51,445 nucleotides of DNA from assembly GCA_032718475.1 (NCBI GenBank), contig JAUCBJ010005152.1:1-51445 (forward strand). Direction: 5' to 3'. Within the stretch, counting starts at the first letter, position 1, and every line of letters begins with the position of its first letter. Below are positions 45,246 through 51,445 of the stretch, piece by piece. Origin of the DNA: Nemertoderma westbladi. Its lineage: Eukaryota; Animalia; Xenacoelomorpha. Both the position numbers and the translations under genes were made by a program. The notes beneath the pieces were generated by a model. The model had not been told where the DNA came from, searched no databases, and saw nothing but the letters and a program-made list of their open reading frames with translations.

Positions 45246-47178
45246 TGTAAAGTCCTGTAGTATACCGCCTACCGAATCCTAGTAACGAAATGCCTTATTG
45301 TAGAATCCAGCAGTGTATACGGGGGGTTCGTACAGTATCTGCCAATAAATCCCAGTCCAGGGTGTCTAAATAAACAGATACCAAGTACACAAACTACTAC
45401 TGGCGAGGAACGGAGCCTGATGTCTCTTCTAATACTTGGGCGAATCAATTGCCCGGGCTAACTAGACAAACAGGATGCCTGGCCTCTAACCGGTGAGGCA
45501 GATGTACAGTCTACAGATACAGACCAAACTCATGGGAAAACAATCCCCGCATAGCGAATTCTAACTACCGCTAATGGACCTAAATACTGTAAACTTGCCG
45601 CGGTGTGATTTATATGGGTATAATACGAGCTAGCGGGTCAACGGACAAGCGTAAGAAACAATACTGCTGACAGAAAAAGCAGTCAAAAGGGTGCCTGGGA
45701 ACAAAACAATACCTCTACAAACTATCTTAACGCGCGCGTGTGTGTGTGTGTTGCGATAAAACAAATTTGGTGTACCATTGTTAGACTAGGTTTTGGTGAT
45801 TTTAACAAAAATAACAATACCGGGCGCTAGCTACTTGAATAAGCTAGTCACGCGTTGTAGGTGTAATACTTACAAACTGACTTCAAACGGGCTCTCTCCT
45901 CCTATATTCATAACTCGGCCGGGCAATTACGGTGTTAGTAACTACGCCCGTGATCGGCACTGATACCAGATTCTGATTGCGAGATAAGGAAATAGGGTGT
46001 TAATTTACTACCGTACGTCTAGCTGATCTGGTATGTAATTGATTCTAGAATTTTGTTACCGTGGTGGTATGCAGTAAATACCTATCAGTACGTGTCAAGG
46101 GCACGGTAGAACGTTAGTAAACCTCCCTTAGCCAAAATGCGTGCCAGTAGCAGAAAGCTGCCCCCTTGCCTGAGCGAATACTTTGGACTCAGACAGATCA
46201 GTCAAACTGCAAGGTCTACAGGGCTAACCGGTACTGTACCGCTAGTACGGCAAATCACCAAATTATAGAGCGCGCTATTTGCACCTAGCGTACTTGCGCG
46301 TACTAACAAACAGCATCAGCTCGCAACTATAAGAGATACAGGTTAACCGAGGGGTTTCTGTCCGAATCTGAGGTATTTGGTCCTACACTTTTACGGCGTC
46401 CCAGGACGGCGTCACGCTTCACCCTGATCTAAGGACTTACGGCGGGCAAAGGCGTCGAACAAAATCGTACCTCCTCTAACATGGGTGTTCTCAGGCAATC
46501 GGGCCATGCTTCCAAATGGGCGTGGGCGAAGATAGTGCGGGTTCCCTATGCGTCGTGGACATCCCTTCCCCTTGCGTTGCTTTGGCCTAAAGGTTTAGGC
46601 AACCATTCCCCGAAGCGTTTGGCTGTTCGAGATAGATACACTAAAAACTACATGTTCAGAGTTTGCAGTATATTTTTAACGTAAAATGACAAAATGATTT
46701 ATCAAACTAAACTAAACTTCATAAATCAGAATAACAAAGTAACATGTTGTGTGACACTGATAGGGTAAGATTATAATTTTATTATAATAACCGAAGGGCA
46801 AACGACACCTTATATAGGAAATCCTAAGCATAGAATCGCACTAGAACATTCTACCACATTCCATGGGCTCACATTGTTCCAATAAATCATCAAATGCCCT
46901 ACGATTGGCCCAACTAATCAGTTCATGTGTTGTACGCACTCCATTGGCTTATTCAACTTAACGAAACGGAAAATAAATTGCATAAAATATAAATTTTTAC
47001 CGACCCAAATTCGAACTCTCGACCTACCTAAAGTGTAACCTGCGCGCTAACCTATTAACCACTGCGCCAGTAGCAACCCATGCCAAATTATAATTAGAAT
47101 AGGTAATATGCAAATTTATAGCAAACTGTAAAGTAATACCAATTACAAATAGCTACGTAGTAGTGAAATAATCCCACA
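45246..47178. mobile_element. Probable solo LTR (1933 bp)
   Basis: Starts TGTAAAG, ends CCCACA, flanked by 5-bp TSD ACTTT (45241-45245, 47179-47183); empty site visible in the paralogous LINE copy; no long ORF. Confidence 0.85.
47000..47079 (-). other. tRNA-like Pol III promoter sequence inside the solo LTR
   Basis: Minus strand TGGCGCAGTGG (A box) ... GAGTTCGAATT (B box-like); acceptor stem not convincing. Confidence 0.5.
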
Positions 47179-47719
47179 ACTTTCTTGAGACGCATCTTAA
47201 AGGACACTGGCCTTGAAGATGCGGATGATTTAGCAAATGTCATGGGTGATAGGGAGTTGTGGCGGCGCAATTTTGTCAACAAGCCGGCACAGCATTTTTA
47301 AAAATGCAGCTGCAATGCAGCATGCCGATCCTAGTAGTAGTTATTGCCTTTTGTTTGAGAACTTATATCAACTCAAAACGATTCGCTATATATCATATTA
47401 TTTGTAGTGTCGACCTCTGCGTCTTACGCAGGTTCGCTCAGGTCTCGAAGAAGGGTCCTGCTGTTGCCGATCGAGTGTGTGGTTTGGAGATCTGAGTATG
47501 GGTTGATCTGATGTATGGGTCGTATTGGTACTAACACACATTCATCTGTTCCATATAACAAACTATGCATTGTTCATTCATACTGGTTTGCATAGCTGAA
47601 ACACACACACCCTCTCTCTTTAATTAATCACTCATGCCATATTATACGCCTCTCAATCTCCAATATTGTTAAAGCTTCTGGGGCTTAAAATGCACATTTT
47701 AGTGGCAATAAGCTAGTCT

Positions 47720-49880
47720 ACAGCTTCTACTAAATAAAGTGGAGAGGGCTGCTAAGGAGGTTGGATTGCATATAAATGCTACCAAGACCGAATTCATGAC
47801 CTTTAATGTTGATGGAAACTTGACAACCATTGACAATAATCAACTAAGGAAGTTTAACGACTTCCAGTACCTTGGATCATGGATAGAGAGTAGCAAAAAG
47901 GACATAGAAGTTAGGAAAGCAAAGGCTTGGGTGCTCTATCAAAAATGGATACCATCTGGAAATCATATCACTCCAGGCACCTGAAGACTAAGTTCTTTCG
48001 AGCCACAGTGGAAAGTGTATTTTTATAATGACCTCTACAAGGCGCAGAAAGAGTCCCGACTCAAACACTACAGCGGCCAAGAATGCAGTTAAGGCTGCAT
48101 CTAGGTCCCTGAACAGGCAGTACTCTGTTAATTTACAGGAGCTAATAAACCAACAGGTTGATGCCATCAATGATGCTCACGACAGCAGGAAATCATCCCA
48201 GGCACGGAAAACGATCAACATCCTTACTGGGTGGAAACGCCAACCAACCACCAAGGTCAAGGCAGAATCACCAGCTGATCGCCTCAATGGTTGGAACGCC
48301 CACTTTGAATAGCTCCTCAATAATGACAGATCAATAATGACATTAAGACCAATCGTGCCAGTGGAGTAGATGGTGTCCCCCCCTGAAGTCTTTAAAATAC
48401 CTGAGTGTTTAAAACTCATCTATCCCAACATAGTAGACATGTACAGAACAACAAGAGTCCCGCAAGAAATGAAAACCATTAAGTTGGTGCCAGTTCCCAA
48501 GAAGAGCAACCTAACACTCTATGGTTCTTTTCGGGGAATCTCATTGATTTCGATTGCTGCAAAGCTTTACAATAGAATTCTATTAAATCGCATCAGGGAT
48601 CCCATTGAGAGATTACTCCGTGGAAATCAGAATGGGTTCCGTACAGGTGTGGGACCATGGAGCCCATTTTGGCACTTAGAAGGATAATTGAAGAGTTATC
48701 AAAGAAGAAAGACAGGCTGTTATGTTTGTTGATTTCTTCAAGGCCTTTGCTTCAGTCTCTCGCTCACGTATGTTCAGCATACTTTCATTATATGGGATTC
48801 CTGATGAAATTATTGCAGCAATCGGATCAGTATACGAAAGTTCGACAACATTTGTGTCTACTGTTGACGGTGACACAGAACCATTTGAAGTGTTATGGGG
48901 CGTCCTCCAGGGAGACACACTTGCGCCATTCTTGCACTTAATTGTGGTTGACTATGTTCTACGCATGTCCATAGATCATCATAATGATGATGGGGTGATG
49001 GTAAATCCACCTACTGGCTCCAGAAGTCGAGGAAATCCTGTCCTATCTGTAGTACCTATCTGATCTAGACTTTGCTGATGACTTAGGAGTACTCTCAGAA
49101 TCACTAGAGGAAGCCCAACGGCTTCTCAGCTCATTAGAGCAGGCTGCTTCTAGTGTTAGTCTTTTTATTAACTATAAAAAGACAAAAATTTTCACAGTTA
49201 ACTTTGAAAGTCCTCAACAAGTCTCTGATCGGATGAGAATAAGCTCAAAGGATGGTAGGCTTGAGCATGTGGACGACTTCTGTTACCTGGATCATGAATC
49301 AGGACGTCAGGTAAAGACCTTCCAATACGTAAGGGAAAGGCATGGGCAGCCTTGAATAGGCTTTCCAGGACTTGGAAGTCAAATAAAATTAATCGGAAAC
49401 TTAAGGTCCGATTATTTAGAGCAGCAGTAGTTCCAGTACTCCTCTATGGGAGTCCATGCTGGGCTCTAACTGCTGAGTACACCAAATCTCTGCATGGCAC
49501 ATTCACAAGAATGCTACGCCGTGTTCACTGTGTCAATTACAATGAACAAATCTCCAACCAGACAATATATAACATTGGATGTGTCTCCTTGATTCCCCCA
49601 ATCTTGACACCAGAACAAAGCCGCCTCATGACCAACCACTGAAGAACCAACCAGTGCATAATCAATCTTGTGCTTTGGCAGCCTCATGGAGTGAATAAGC
49701 ATGGTGGACAGCCCATGACTTTCTTGAGACGCATCTTAAAGGACACTGGCCTTGAAAATGCGGATGATCTAGCAAATGTCATGGGTGATAGGGAGTTGTA
49801 GCGGCACAATTTTGTCGACAAGCCGGCACAGCATTCTTAAAAATGCAGCTGCAATGCAGCATGCCAATCCTAGTAGTAGT
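47720..49880 (+). mobile_element. RTE-like LINE ORF2 remnants (two adjoining pieces)
   Basis: 47720-48025: GLHINATKTEFM, DFQYLGSWI, IEVRKAKAW; 48028-49880: PVPKK, FRGISLISIAAKLYN, QNGFR, FVDFFKAF, GVLQGDTLAPFL, DFADDL, LLYGS; multiple stops and frameshifts. Confidence 0.9.
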
Positions 49881-50099
49881 AGAATTAATTGTGAAGAGAT
49901 GGACAGTTACTGGAACAGTGCCGTTGGGTGGAATGGGTCAAGGGTAGTGTACCACTGGCTTACCGCTTCAGTAACTCTAGTAGTTTACCGCTCACGCACT
50001 TACATGCACTTACACTTACATGCTTACCATTTGTACTATGAAATCCGGTATATATATATACCCTGTTGCAACGAAATATAGATGTTTTGGAAATTCTCG

Positions 50100-50273
50100 A
50101 AATTCCACCTTCATTGTAATTTTAACTGCCACTTCAAAAGCCCTTATGTTCACTAGCCGCAATTTAACAAAATAACTTTCGTTTATTCTCACCTACGTAC
50201 CTATTACATATTACGTACATATTCGTACCTACCAAGTTTCGTTTAATTTCATTAAGGAATAACCGAGTTATTA

Positions 50274-50308
<35 letters not shown>

Positions 50309-50378
50309 TACGACGACAGACAACTCGATAATGGCACCCATATGATAAGGCTTCGCTTACTTCGTGGCTCGCCCCACA
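50100..50378 (-). mobile_element. Short HINE/DINE-1-like element with (GAC)n
   Basis: ACCAAGTTT..CCGAGTTATTA core, (GAC)n at 50277-50318, terminus TAAGGCT..CTTCGTGGCTCGCCCCACA. Confidence 0.65.
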
Positions 50379-51445
50379 AAGTTTACTCTATTATAGTTCC
50401 TCGTGATTCATTTACCTATTATCATCTAAATCAGTACCAAAAACACTTTCCCAAGGGATAATATTTACAAATCAGCTAAAGGTGGAGGGGGGGGGGGGGG
50501 GGGGGGGGGTGGGTGTAGGGTCCGTGGTCCACCTCGTCATGGTCCTCATGAGGCCACGCTGCTGACCAGGATTATAATAATAATTAATTAAACTATGAGA
50601 TTCTCCAGTTATTCACAATAACAGCAAGTTCTCATGCTGCGTTGGAACGATGCTTTTAATCTTTGATATGATTCGTTTATTACAACATATAGGAATAACC
50701 AACCAGCTCACCGAATATAACTGAAGTTTATATTCAATTATTGAATATAAATGAATGAATATTATTATGAATAAATTTGAGTTTTATGAAAATGAATTTA
50801 AATTAATTAATTATGAATTCAAAGCGATACGTAGATTTGTTAAATTGTAATTCAATGTCATTGAGTCAATAACTTGGAATTCGTTACCAGGTGGCCCTTA
50901 TTTAGGAGGCTGTATGTATCGTTTTGTATTCAATTATCTCATTCAACTGTCGCATCGTAATGAAAGAATTTCATTTGAACGACCGGGCGTAAATCCCAGT
51001 TCAATGATTGGGTGCAATCTTCGCCCGCTAGAAACTTTCGCCCACATGAAATATTTCCATGCGTACAATTTTCACCCCCTATTTATCGAATGAGGGAAAG
51101 GAGCAGCTTACAGTGTCATGTAATTCTAACCAAAACAATAAACGAGAATAAGAGCACAGAAAACATTTGACTTATTACTATTACAAATTCGGCCACATAA
51201 TAACTTACTTTAGTTATAACTATGTATCGGGCAGCGAAGGCCACTGTCCTGGTCATTCACAGCGCTTTTGTTTTGGTCACAGCACTTTGTGTTGTCCTTC
51301 ACATTGAATTTCCAAGGTGTATAAGCTGTCAGTTACTGGTGTGTATTGTTTAATGTCTCGTATATTTAATTATACAGTCATATTCACCAATATTAAAATA
51401 GTATATATTGCAGAAGAATTACATATTACTGTAACACCATCTAGT

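Larger units (their letters stand above)
45065..47340 (+). mobile_element. RTE-like LINE 3' end split by a solo LTR (pieces 45065-45245 and 47179-47340)
   Basis: RLRFAGHCFR...LVLWQP motif; joining the two pieces reproduces the uninterrupted copy at about 49650-49880 (CAGCCCATGACTTTCTTGAGACGCATC). Confidence 0.85.

Overview
Repeat-dense, AT-rich metazoan (probably invertebrate) genomic DNA. The dominant feature is a 19.2-kb Bel/Pao LTR retrotransposon on the minus strand (2374-21585; 1192-bp LTRs, AATGT target-site duplication) with a decayed gag-pol. Four ORFs downstream of its integrase rejoin into one ~1400-codon accessory gene with a DEDDy (WRN/EXD1/Egalitarian-like) 3'-5' exonuclease, CCHC zinc knuckles and a basic tail, preceded by a long sense-strand RNA hairpin. 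It has no recognisable tRNA primer-binding site; instead the 11 nt abutting the 5' LTR are exactly complementary to an 11-mer inside the LTR, as in Tf1-type self-priming. The rest of the window holds a nested solo LTR, a gag-only Ty3/gypsy element, a second solo LTR, three Mutator-like foldback MITEs, a Harbinger-like MITE, Helentron/DINE-1-like elements, LINE fragments, a disrupted Thr-rich mucin-like repeat, and exons of a probable secreted ShK + bulb-type lectin host gene that is frameshifted here. All family calls are by-eye motif recognition; no searches were run.
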